A DNA stretch of 64,000 bases. Source: a virus (Duplodnaviria > Caudoviricetes). The DNA is taken from IMG/VR virus record IMGVR_UViG_3300033463_000004, positions 32,001 to 96,000 of that record; one strand, 5' to 3'. Each line of letters begins with the position of its first letter. The stretch's first letter is position 1. The notes under the pieces are model-generated. The model was not told where the DNA came from. It was given only the letters and a program-made list of their open reading frames with translations, and searched no databases. Below are positions 28,198 through 37,642 of this stretch, piece by piece. The translations under genes and the position numbers were made by a program.

Positions 28198-29247
28198 ATG
28201 AATCAAGTGTCAAGTGGTCCTATTACGGGAACATTGAAAGCACGATACAAAATTATTTCCACAATTCTTGGTGAATTATACGATGCACCAAAAGGTGTTG
28301 ACATCTTTATTGATTTCGATACATTTATCAAATCATTGGCTTCATATCAAAAGTATTTGAATTATCTTCCGTTTTCTGGTCCAGAAGTTGAAGTGGATTT
28401 AATGTCGTCTTTTCTGACGACATTAAATCACTGGAAGAACTTTGCAAAGAAATGGGATCATGTTCGAATTATCGGCATCATGAATTCATTTGAACCAAAG
28501 AATCTTGCAGAACGAAAACATTTGAAAACTTATCTGGTTCCGTATGAAAATAAAATGAAGAACGAAAAACTTACACAATTCAAATACTATATGGAAGAAG
28601 CAGTAAAGAAAACACAAGCAATATTGAAATATGTTCCAAACATGTATTTGATTTCATCATCTGAATTTGATTCATTGATGATTCCGAATATACTGGATGA
28701 CTATGAGAAGAGTGGACGAAAACGAATCATCATTACAGGTAATTCATTAATGACTGGATATCATATGTTACCAAATACAAAAGTGATTTATTCAAGATTC
28801 AAACGAAATGGTTCTCAACAAATATCAGATCCGATTCAGATTGTTCAGGCTATTACAAAGGTTGACGAAGATGATGTCGTGAGTGAATTTACAAAGAATA
28901 AAGTTTTCTATAACTTACTGAATGTAATCGTTGGAGATTTCGATCGTGCAATTCTTGGATTAACACAAATTGGGATTACAACATTTGCATATAATCTCTT
29001 AAGAGGTGTTGAACAAGGAAAGATCCGAAATGATCCGAAAAGCGTTGAATCGGTATTACCAATCATTGATAAAGTATATCATGATTATGTGATCAAGAAC
29101 TATCCACTTGTCGATATTGAATCACATACCAAGATGATACCACAATCAGCAATTCAAAATATGAAAGCTGATATGATTGATCTTGTCGATATTGACGGAT
29201 TGCAAAAATACAGTATCGATGGTTTGAATTTATTAGAATTATTATAA
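28198..29247 (+). CDS. degenerate FEN/5'-3' exonuclease (T4 RNase H-like fold) protein
   Basis: IFIDFD, SEFDS and H3TH-like IVGDFDRAILG; several catalytic acids appear missing. Confidence 0.45.
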   Translation: MNQVSSGPITGTLKARYKIISTILGELYDAPKGVDIFIDFDTFIKSLASYQKYLNYLPFSGPEVEVDLMSSFLTTLNHWKNFAKKWDHVRIIGIMNSFEPKNLAERKHLKTYLVPYENKMKNEKLTQFKYYMEEAVKKTQAILKYVPNMYLISSSEFDSLMIPNILDDYEKSGRKRIIITGNSLMTGYHMLPNTKVIYSRFKRNGSQQISDPIQIVQAITKVDEDDVVSEFTKNKVFYNLLNVIVGDFDRAILGLTQIGITTFAYNLLRGVEQGKIRNDPKSVESVLPIIDKVYHDYVIKNYPLVDIESHTKMIPQSAIQNMKADMIDLVDIDGLQKYSIDGLNLLELL

Positions 29248-29279
29248 TTAAACGGGGGCATATGCCCCCGTTTAATTAT
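29244..29279 (+). terminator. intrinsic terminator
   Basis: ATAATTAAACGGGGGC ATAT GCCCCCGTTTAATTAT followed by a T-run. Confidence 0.85.
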
Positions 29280-29306
29280 TTTTTATATGAAGTTTTATTT
29301 ATTTTT

Positions 29307-29321
29307 CATATGTATATAATT
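29307..29321 (+). promoter_or_regulatory. putative early promoter CATATGTATATAATT
   Basis: Consensus match, followed by leader hairpin TAATATG.AAAGGGA...TCCCTTT.CATATTA. Confidence 0.65.
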
Positions 29322-29403
29322 AATATGCAAAGGGAGAAGTAAATTATCTTATCTTATCTTTTTCCCTTTACATATTACACTAGTAGAAAGGAAGATCTGA
29401 ATC

Positions 29404-30627
29404 ATGGATTTTACATCCGGTCGCATTATATCAAATGCGATAACATCGTTATTGCAGGAGCCGATCAATATGCTTCGGTCAACTACATCTGCATTAATGT
29501 GGTATACAGTTGACATTTCCGGCTTCCGATGGAGTATCGAACAAGATGCCGTTGTCGAATTCTTTCGACATGTACCAAGAAGCTTCAATCCTATTGCGGT
29601 TGAAGATCCTTGTGCATCACACGATTATGCCAAGATTCCTGGTAAATCGATTGATGCATATGTTCATAAAGGAACAGCCATATTTCTTGAATATGAGTGT
29701 GTCGACAATGCAACAAACAACGACGGCACTCAACTTCGTCTTACAATGAAGCTCAAGACATTATATACAAAGCGAAATATTGAAAATCTCAAAGACCTTA
29801 TCAAAATCATGATGAAACGGTCGAAAGAGATTGAATCAGAAAAATCTAAAAAGAGATACAAAATCATTGATAATGGGTGCTTTACAGAAGTACCCGCACG
29901 ACCAAACAGAACGTTCAATGATGTATTTTTACCACAAGTTCAGGAAGATTTGATTGTATCTTCCGTAAAAAAGTTCTGTGCAAGTCGGAAATGGTACCAG
30001 GAACACAAGATACCATATCATTTTGGTATCATGTTATACGGAAATCCTGGCACCGGTAAGTCGTCGGTTGTACAGGCTATCACAAATCTGATTGAGTGTG
30101 ATATCATGTATGTTAAAACAGACAGACTTGCACAGACAATTCAAAATCCTCATTGGTTAACATACGGAAACAACGGCAGAATGCGTATTGTTATCATTGA
30201 GGATATCGATACTTCGAAAATGACACGCGATAGACGTGTCTCAAATAAAGAGCTCGGTATTGCAAACACTGGCTCTTTCGTAATACAAGAAGAAGTCAGT
30301 ATCAATAGTCTTCTGAATGTATTAGATGGATTCAATTCCCCGGAGAACGTGATTTATATTTTCACAACGAATCATCTGGAAAAATTGGATCCGGCTTTGG
30401 TTCGACCCGGTCGTATCGATCTAAACGTGGAAATTGCATATCTGAACGAAGAAACGTTCGGAAAATTTATGCAATTCCATTATGGACGTAAACCGGATAC
30501 AACTATAAAAGTGCGTAATCAAATGACATGTGCTGAACTCCAAACAAGAGTTATGGAAGGTATGTCATTTGATGAAATTTGTAATTATGTCAAGGAGGAA
30601 AATTATGGCCAGACAGAAGAAAATTGA
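29404..30627 (+). CDS. BCS1-like AAA+ ATPase
   Basis: GIMLYGNPGTGKSS, IEDID, LLNVLDG, FTTNHLEKLDPALVRPGRID; WY.EH.IPY..G context typical of the BCS1 family. Confidence 0.85.
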   Translation: MDFTSGRIISNAITSLLQEPINMLRSTTSALMWYTVDISGFRWSIEQDAVVEFFRHVPRSFNPIAVEDPCASHDYAKIPGKSIDAYVHKGTAIFLEYECVDNATNNDGTQLRLTMKLKTLYTKRNIENLKDLIKIMMKRSKEIESEKSKKRYKIIDNGCFTEVPARPNRTFNDVFLPQVQEDLIVSSVKKFCASRKWYQEHKIPYHFGIMLYGNPGTGKSSVVQAITNLIECDIMYVKTDRLAQTIQNPHWLTYGNNGRMRIVIIEDIDTSKMTRDRRVSNKELGIANTGSFVIQEEVSINSLLNVLDGFNSPENVIYIFTTNHLEKLDPALVRPGRIDLNVEIAYLNEETFGKFMQFHYGRKPDTTIKVRNQMTCAELQTRVMEGMSFDEICNYVKEENYGQTEEN

Positions 30628-31204
30628 TGTTGTGAATGATATGATCGCAACAAGTGAAACACCGATGAGTGTTTCAGTGGAAGATGTCTTCCGCAAAATG
30701 GACTATCCAGACGATCTGAAATCCGAATCACCGTTCAGATCATTGGATCAGATTTTCAAAGCTGATCCTACGAGAACTGAAGAGAAACCGGATGATCATC
30801 CATCAATCTGTGGTCCAAACATGCCAAGACCGACATCGATTGTACCACCGGTTACACAGATACAGCATAATGGTTTCTCACCGTATTGGGCCGAAGCAGC
30901 ACCCCTGCTTCAGTCTGTACAGACACCATTTCCGCCGACATGTTCGATGATTCCGACAGGATTTACATTTAATCCTGCGGCATTTCAGGTCGGTGATGCG
31001 TATCGCATCGAAATAATTGAAAGAATTTCTCCGGAATACAAATCGTATACCGGTCTTCTTTCGAAAGTGACAGATACAAATCTGACATTTGTTGTGACAA
31101 CAGAGGATGGAAACCATGCTGAAATTACGGTCAAATGTGATGACATGGTTTCTGATATAAACGACAGATTCAGTAAATTCATCAGAATTTACCATCTGCA
31201 TTAA
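30605..31204 (+). CDS. hypothetical Pro-rich protein with a small C-terminal beta domain
   Basis: Start MARQKK at 30605 behind AAGGAGG. Confidence 0.7.
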   Translation: MARQKKIDVVNDMIATSETPMSVSVEDVFRKMDYPDDLKSESPFRSLDQIFKADPTRTEEKPDDHPSICGPNMPRPTSIVPPVTQIQHNGFSPYWAEAAPLLQSVQTPFPPTCSMIPTGFTFNPAAFQVGDAYRIEIIERISPEYKSYTGLLSKVTDTNLTFVVTTEDGNHAEITVKCDDMVSDINDRFSKFIRIYHLH

Positions 31205-31230
31205 ATAAAATAAAGGAGAATACAAACAAA

Positions 31231-31965
31231 ATGAAATTCCAAAAACCTAACCGTCACACTCAGGAACTGTTAAAACGGTGGGGTGTACCGGTTATTCTTC
31301 GTCCAGATTATTGGGATGGACGCAACCGTTCAATCACAATAATTGTGGACGAAACAGTACCGTTCGGTGATGTCATCTTCGAAGACGGCATCACCTATCG
31401 GATGAACACTGATACACTTGATGACAATGTATCAAAGTTGTCTGAAAATGTGTATGATGATTTCATCATAGCGTTCGTTTACGGGGTGAACGCTTATGCG
31501 AAGTGGAATCAGGTGATCATTCGAAAAGAAGATGACGGATTGAAATGGCTGAAAGATGCTATCTCAAGAATCGAATGTGTATTCGATATGTATAAATTAG
31601 ATATCAAACATTTCGGCGCACTCGATTGGAAAAAATGTTGTGCCCATTTCGGTGGAGAGCACAACCTTAACCAAATAATTGCTGATGCAATTGCATATCG
31701 GAGTGAAGAACTGTTTTCACTTTGTATGATATGCAAAAATTGCAAATGCGAACCAAATAACCGCCGGTATTGTACGAGAGTATATGTACCGACAGACGAA
31801 TACGCAGAATCGGTGATCACATTACGTAGAATCACCGATGACCAACCACTGTCAAATGATATCATCGATATCATTCCAACGTTTAAGAATCGTGAACAAT
31901 GCTCGTGTTTCGAAAAGAATGAAACACGATTTATTGATCAAATGATCAAGTTCAGGGACAAATAA
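31231..31965 (+). CDS. hypothetical protein with Cys cluster (possible Zn binding)
   Basis: 244 aa, AAAGGAG RBS, CMICKNCKC...C...C.C. Confidence 0.75.
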   Translation: MKFQKPNRHTQELLKRWGVPVILRPDYWDGRNRSITIIVDETVPFGDVIFEDGITYRMNTDTLDDNVSKLSENVYDDFIIAFVYGVNAYAKWNQVIIRKEDDGLKWLKDAISRIECVFDMYKLDIKHFGALDWKKCCAHFGGEHNLNQIIADAIAYRSEELFSLCMICKNCKCEPNNRRYCTRVYVPTDEYAESVITLRRITDDQPLSNDIIDIIPTFKNREQCSCFEKNETRFIDQMIKFRDK

Positions 31966-31970
31966 TGATG

Positions 31971-31993
31971 AAGTGGGGCATATAGCCCCACTT
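31971..31993 (+). terminator. intrinsic terminator
   Basis: AAGTGGGGC ATATA GCCCCACTT followed by a T-run. Confidence 0.85.
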
Positions 31994-32061
31994 TATTTTT
32001 TTTTCATTAAATAGTATCGAAAAACGACTTCATAACCTTATAACGAAAGGAGTTGTCAAAT

Positions 32062-32280
32062 ATGGCAACGAATAACGATGATATTCAATTCATGCCGTTA
32101 ACATATGAATTGCCCGATGGTGATATCGTGCAATTATGTACATGGGCATTTGTCTTGGAAAAGTTAAAAACATTATTTGTACCCATGACAGATGCTATTA
32201 CTGCAGAAAATGAAGATCTGGATGCAATCAATAATCGTATACTCGAATGGATTGCAGAGCAACAACCAGACGAAACGTAA
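32062..32280 (+). CDS. small acidic protein, first gene of the tail-fibre operon
   Basis: GAAAGGAG RBS, ATG 32062; AACG-N6-TA at 32023-32034. Confidence 0.7.
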   Translation: MATNNDDIQFMPLTYELPDGDIVQLCTWAFVLEKLKTLFVPMTDAITAENEDLDAINNRILEWIAEQQPDET

Positions 32281-32293
32281 GGGAGGGTTATAT

Positions 32294-32698
32294 ATGGCAG
32301 CTGTTGAAAAAGAACCGACATTCGAAGCATTGTTGGAACAGATTGAGATTCAACAACGACTGATTCATCAAATATCTGAAAATTTAAAACAATTGCAGAT
32401 TGGCGCAGGCGGCGGTACCGCATCAATTGAAGATTATGAGTCTGGAAAGCAATATAAACGTAACATGTTAATCGTTGATCCTTCAACTGAAACCGTTTAT
32501 CGTGTTATTCCACAATCGTATGTATCAACTACATGTGAAGATGATATCTATAATGGATATTTGAAGCTTGTTGGATTTGAAAATGCTATCACAACATTCC
32601 CACATGATCCAACACAAGCAGAAATTGATGCGCTTTCCGATGGTACGCTTGTTGCTGTTTATTCTTCTAACGATGCACCGTATGTACCTGACACCTAA
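32294..32698 (+). CDS. tail-fibre-associated protein (coiled coil plus small aromatic module)
   Basis: Start MAAVEKE at 32294 behind GGGAGGG. Confidence 0.7.
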   Translation: MAAVEKEPTFEALLEQIEIQQRLIHQISENLKQLQIGAGGGTASIEDYESGKQYKRNMLIVDPSTETVYRVIPQSYVSTTCEDDIYNGYLKLVGFENAITTFPHDPTQAEIDALSDGTLVAVYSSNDAPYVPDT

Positions 32699-32715
32699 TT
32701 TGGAGGTGTTATTAA

Positions 32716-35700
32716 ATGGCAAATATTTTTGTTTACAACGACAGATTGTGGAGAGCTAGTCAAGAATTTTTTGTTCCTGGTATATATCCATTTACTGTAC
32801 CAGCAGGTGAACATCTAATGATGTGTTGGGGTGCAATGAGTGGTGCTATATGGGATAGCTACCATAATCTCGGTGGTGTTTCATATGGTATTCTGAATAA
32901 TTCAACGCCATTATCATTGAAAGCATATGTTGGTGGTAATGGAGGTGATCGTATAAATGGTACTACTGTTGCACCTGGTGGATTCAACGGTGGTGGCAGT
33001 GGAGGTAAATCATCTGTGTCTAGTTGGTGGTCTGGATCCGGAGGTGGTGGTGCTTCCGATATTCGTGTAAAGACTCCAGAGGATTTTATCGATCCTTCTG
33101 ATATTTACTATCCAGAATTACCAGTTGAATATCAACAAATAGAATATATTCAGTGTGACGGTCATCAGTATTTTGATACTGGATATATTGCAAAATCGAA
33201 TTCAACATTTGTTTTTTCAGCAAGTTATTCTTCAGCTACAAACATGGCTATTTTAGGAACACAAGTAGACTCGGCTGGAAATCCCGGATGGATAGTGTGG
33301 TATGGTGTACGTCGAAATTTACCAATGTTATCATCAAATTATGGTACAGCATATGATGCAGATTCTACTTATTCTGAAACAAATTATGGAAAATATCAAA
33401 CAACTATAAATGTCAATACCAATGAACGTGCAACAATTCAAATTGATGCATATGGAACATTTGTAAATGACGTACCTTCATATTTTAACTCATCAATTGC
33501 TCCGTCTATAGGACCTGATCCGAATAATACAATGTTATTTTTATCTGCTAGACGAGGCGATGATGTTACAATCGGCAACCGTATGTTCAATGGTAAAGCG
33601 TACTATTTAAGAATATATGAACTCGATAACGATGAATATTCATTAGTACATGAATTTATTCCATGTATTCGGTTATCTGATAATACGATTGGAATGTACG
33701 ATACAGTCACATCAGAATTTAATGAACCATTAAAAGATTCGGCATCCTCATCAAATTTAGTTGCCGGACCTGAAGGTTCGTACTATATCGAAGCACAAAA
33801 TTCTTTGAAGAAAAGATCTGAAGATATTCCAACATTACCGGAAGGATATTCACAAATAGAATACATTAAAGGACAGAGTACATCCTGTATTAATACAGGA
33901 TATATTGCAAGTCGTGATAAAGATACTGTTATATCAGTACGTGCAATGGTTGATGGTTCCGGTGAATATGCAATATTTGGCTCACAATCGGATACAAATA
34001 CAAATCCTGGATGGTTATGTTGGTTAAATGCATATGATGGAAAACCATCTATTTGTTCTATATATGGAACAATGACATGGAGCAGCGGTGCATATCGTGT
34101 ATATGCTGGTATACAACGTTCCGTTCCGGCAATGTATTTAGTTAGACGAACAGGAATCAATGTTAATGGAAAATGGATGTGGGAATACAATCCTTCTGGC
34201 GAACCTGATGTGAGACCTATTATATTGATGAATTCGTATCGTGGTTCTGCAACAGTTTCAGCTGGAGGTTTCATCGGTAAAGTATATCATTTCAGAATAT
34301 ATGAAAAAGAAGATGATACATATGTGATGAAGCATAACTTCATTCCATGTGTACGCACAGAAGACAGTCACGAAGGATTTATTGACCTATTGGCAGACCC
34401 GGAATCGGAATTTTATTTTTTGGATACCGGTGTAACATATCCATCATCTTCTGGTGCAATAGGTGAATATCCGATTGTTGAACCTGAACCAAATGAACAA
34501 ATTAATCCTGTTGATCCTGTAGCATTACGTGATTTCAAATCGTTGAATACACGTATAATGGTTGCCGGTGGTGCTGGTGGTCCGACATCGTTCACCGAGA
34601 CATTCTATCAAACTAGTAGCCCATATTATATAGGATGCACCGGAATTGGTGGTGGTGTAAATGGCGGATATCGCGAAATCTTTAATGACGCGACAAAGTT
34701 ATATGCTACACAAGAATCCGGATATTCGTTCGGATATGGACAAAACGGTCGTAATGGAGCTAGTCAATATAATACCAATAATAATGGTTATGGCTGCTCC
34801 GGAGGTGGAGGAGGATGGTATGGTGGATATTCAACATCATCTACTGGATCAAACACAAACTGTTCTGGTGGTGGTGGATCTGGATATGTATTAACCGATA
34901 CATCATACAAACCACAAGATTACATGGAAAATCATCAACCGTATCATTTCACAGTCCCACATCTTGCAGGTGGATATTCTGAATATCCATGTGTTCGAAT
35001 ATGTGAACCCGTAAAAGAATTTCAGGTTGGTGATATCATCACAGTTTTACCAAGTTTTGGTAAAGGACAGCGAATCGATTTACCTTCCGGAAAATATCGG
35101 TTAAGATGTTGGGGTGGATCCGGTGGCGGTTCTGGTGGACCCAGGTATATTGCAAATGGTGGATACGCAGAAGGTGTATTGACATTAACAGCACCGAATA
35201 CATTATATGCATACGTCGGTGGATCAGGTATGTATCACAACTTTATTTCACCAGAATATACAACACAAATGCGTCCTGATATTGGTTTCAATGGTGGTGG
35301 ACGTGCATATCTTTATGGTACACAAGGACATTGTAATGACATTGGGTATCCTGGCGGCGGTGGTACTGATATCCGTCTCGGTGTTGACTCATTATATGCC
35401 AGAATCATTGTTGCTGGTGGTTCCGGTGGTAATGCTTATAATGGTAATAATGGTGTCAAAGTTGGCGGTGTTGGCGGAGGTGAATCAGGTGGTACAGGTA
35501 CTTCAGGATATGGAGATAGTGCTGGACCTGGTACACAGACAGCCCCGGGAGTTAGTATAAATTATCCAACAATCAGCGGTGGATTTGGTTATGGTGGCAG
35601 TGTTCAATATGCATATGGCGGTGTCGGCTCCGGAGGAGGAGGTGGATGGTATGGCGGAGGCTCAGCAACACGAGTTCAATCCGGATATTATTCTTACCCA

Positions 35701-36324
35701 ATTTCTGCCGGAAGTGGTGGATCTGGATATGTATTAACTGAAAATTCATATCGTCCAGAAGGATACCTTGTATCCGATGCATTTGAATTAACCGATACAA
35801 CTCTTATAGCCGGTGGTAATGCTTTACATAAATCTCTAACAAAAATAGAAATTGAAGTAATCGAGACATCTGTTGTGTTATTCTTATGCCGTGACAAATA
35901 TGGAATCAAATATTATGATAAATCTTTATCACGTTGGGCGAACACACCTTCGCAACAATTGGATCAATCATTATTTGAACAATATGGCTCATTAATGGTT
36001 GATAGTGATATAGGTTTGGACGATGATTATGAGATTCTGATATATGATCCAGATGATACTACAACACAAGCTTCATTGAATGTTGTTCCACATGAACAAA
36101 TAATTGTGAATGAGATGATAGATGTTTCAAAGAATTTGCAAATTCGTGAAATAAAACCACGGATGGAAATCAATTCATCCGTATATGATGTTGATATTTC
36201 TGTGAAAAAACAGATTATTCAGCCAAGTGGTACACGATTAATTACAACAATCAATGTTGACAAAAAATCAAAATCTGATGAGAATGCAAGGATCTTCTAT
36301 ATTTCATTAGAAGATGGAAGATAA
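32716..36324 (+). CDS. glycine-rich tail/receptor-binding protein with two inserted lectin-like repeats
   Basis: Two Gly-rich units (CWG..., YVGG.G, GFNGGG, GGG.DIR, RI.VAGG.GG, GGGGWYGG, GGSGY) and two repeats of YxQIEYI...TGYIA...GK.Y..RIYE...H.FIPC.R..D. Confidence 0.75.
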   Translation: MANIFVYNDRLWRASQEFFVPGIYPFTVPAGEHLMMCWGAMSGAIWDSYHNLGGVSYGILNNSTPLSLKAYVGGNGGDRINGTTVAPGGFNGGGSGGKSSVSSWWSGSGGGGASDIRVKTPEDFIDPSDIYYPELPVEYQQIEYIQCDGHQYFDTGYIAKSNSTFVFSASYSSATNMAILGTQVDSAGNPGWIVWYGVRRNLPMLSSNYGTAYDADSTYSETNYGKYQTTINVNTNERATIQIDAYGTFVNDVPSYFNSSIAPSIGPDPNNTMLFLSARRGDDVTIGNRMFNGKAYYLRIYELDNDEYSLVHEFIPCIRLSDNTIGMYDTVTSEFNEPLKDSASSSNLVAGPEGSYYIEAQNSLKKRSEDIPTLPEGYSQIEYIKGQSTSCINTGYIASRDKDTVISVRAMVDGSGEYAIFGSQSDTNTNPGWLCWLNAYDGKPSICSIYGTMTWSSGAYRVYAGIQRSVPAMYLVRRTGINVNGKWMWEYNPSGEPDVRPIILMNSYRGSATVSAGGFIGKVYHFRIYEKEDDTYVMKHNFIPCVRTEDSHEGFIDLLADPESEFYFLDTGVTYPSSSGAIGEYPIVEPEPNEQINPVDPVALRDFKSLNTRIMVAGGAGGPTSFTETFYQTSSPYYIGCTGIGGGVNGGYREIFNDATKLYATQESGYSFGYGQNGRNGASQYNTNNNGYGCSGGGGGWYGGYSTSSTGSNTNCSGGGGSGYVLTDTSYKPQDYMENHQPYHFTVPHLAGGYSEYPCVRICEPVKEFQVGDIITVLPSFGKGQRIDLPSGKYRLRCWGGSGGGSGGPRYIANGGYAEGVLTLTAPNTLYAYVGGSGMYHNFISPEYTTQMRPDIGFNGGGRAYLYGTQGHCNDIGYPGGGGTDIRLGVDSLYARIIVAGGSGGNAYNGNNGVKVGGVGGGESGGTGTSGYGDSAGPGTQTAPGVSINYPTISGGFGYGGSVQYAYGGVGSGGGGGWYGGGSATRVQSGYYSYPISAGSGGSGYVLTENSYRPEGYLVSDAFELTDTTLIAGGNALHKSLTKIEIEVIETSVVLFLCRDKYGIKYYDKSLSRWANTPSQQLDQSLFEQYGSLMVDSDIGLDDDYEILIYDPDDTTTQASLNVVPHEQIIVNEMIDVSKNLQIREIKPRMEINSSVYDVDISVKKQIIQPSGTRLITTINVDKKSKSDENARIFYISLEDGR

Positions 36325-36338
36325 GGAGGTCAAACGAC

Positions 36339-37619
36339 ATGAGCTCACATTTACTCCCTGTAAAGACCGGAAACGAACAGTTTCCGGTCATTTATAGGAA
36401 TACCGGACCACTTCCTGGAAGTGGAAGTCAGATTGTTTCTGGTTTGACGACTGTACATAATGGAACATTGTATTGTTTCAAACAAGGTAATTTTAACCAT
36501 TATGCAACATCAACGCAGACAGGCGAAGCTGTATTATATACAATAAATTTATTTACAGGCGAAATGAAAAAATATGCACAATTCGCATTTAACAGATTAT
36601 GGTACCAATATATCGGTTCGATACTTGTTGATGATAATTATATTTATTTATCATCTTCATGTACCGCAGTTTCTACTTGGGAAGCATATCACTCTGATAG
36701 ATATCCAATAATGATAATTTTCAAATTAAAAGATGAAAATGATTCATCATTAACATTACAAAGAATCGGTGCATATAAATACACTATTGCGAGTGGTAGC
36801 GCTTATGGACGTGCTCGTTGGTATGATAGTACGCATATTTGTGTAACAACTGAAAATGCATTGTTGTTATTTGATATCAAAACACATGTATATCAAACAA
36901 TTGCACATAATTTGAATTGGAGTACACGCGATTTTGCTGTTGGTAAGAAGCTAATTGTAGCAACAAGAAATTCAGCTTCATCTCCAACGTTTTGGGGTTA
37001 TCGGATTTCTGATGGTACATTTTTCACTGGAACAGCACCATCAACCGGTATTGCATGTATTGATTATTGTAACGGCAAATTCTTTTTTGCCAATGCAAAC
37101 TATCTGTATATTTATGATGAAAATACAGAAACATTCACAACCACAAAAAATATCCCATGGACAACACCGCATTGTGTATGTGCTTCGGATTTTGCCGTAT
37201 ATGTGATCTCTAATTCATCATCTCGTGGATACATATATGACTATAAATCAGATTTTACACAAACATTCATATTCCCATGGACAATAGACACGTTAGTTGG
37301 AGACTCTGATATATATCGAGGCTGTGTATCAGAAAACTATTGGTTCTTAAATCATAATACATTGATGATATGTGATTATTCAGGTTATTCAAAATATAAT
37401 CTTGGATACATTTACAAATCATTTGTCATTCATTGTAATGAAACGACAATGGAAACTTTCACATATGATCCACGATTTGTATCATTTGATGAAACATCCA
37501 TGTATGTTCATGATGGTAATATCGATTATGATTTTGAATCAACTGAGCAAACTAACATCAAATCTGCACATATATCAAAATCTGATTATAAATTTCTCAA
37601 TCGAATCGAATTTAAATAA
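36339..37619 (+). CDS. beta-propeller-like virion/tail protein
   Basis: 426 aa, beta-rich blades (YLYIYD, GYIYDY, LLLFDI), AAGGAGG RBS. Confidence 0.6.
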   Translation: MSSHLLPVKTGNEQFPVIYRNTGPLPGSGSQIVSGLTTVHNGTLYCFKQGNFNHYATSTQTGEAVLYTINLFTGEMKKYAQFAFNRLWYQYIGSILVDDNYIYLSSSCTAVSTWEAYHSDRYPIMIIFKLKDENDSSLTLQRIGAYKYTIASGSAYGRARWYDSTHICVTTENALLLFDIKTHVYQTIAHNLNWSTRDFAVGKKLIVATRNSASSPTFWGYRISDGTFFTGTAPSTGIACIDYCNGKFFFANANYLYIYDENTETFTTTKNIPWTTPHCVCASDFAVYVISNSSSRGYIYDYKSDFTQTFIFPWTIDTLVGDSDIYRGCVSENYWFLNHNTLMICDYSGYSKYNLGYIYKSFVIHCNETTMETFTYDPRFVSFDETSMYVHDGNIDYDFESTEQTNIKSAHISKSDYKFLNRIEFK

Positions 37620-37642
37620 ATATCGAAAGGAGTGTGATAATC

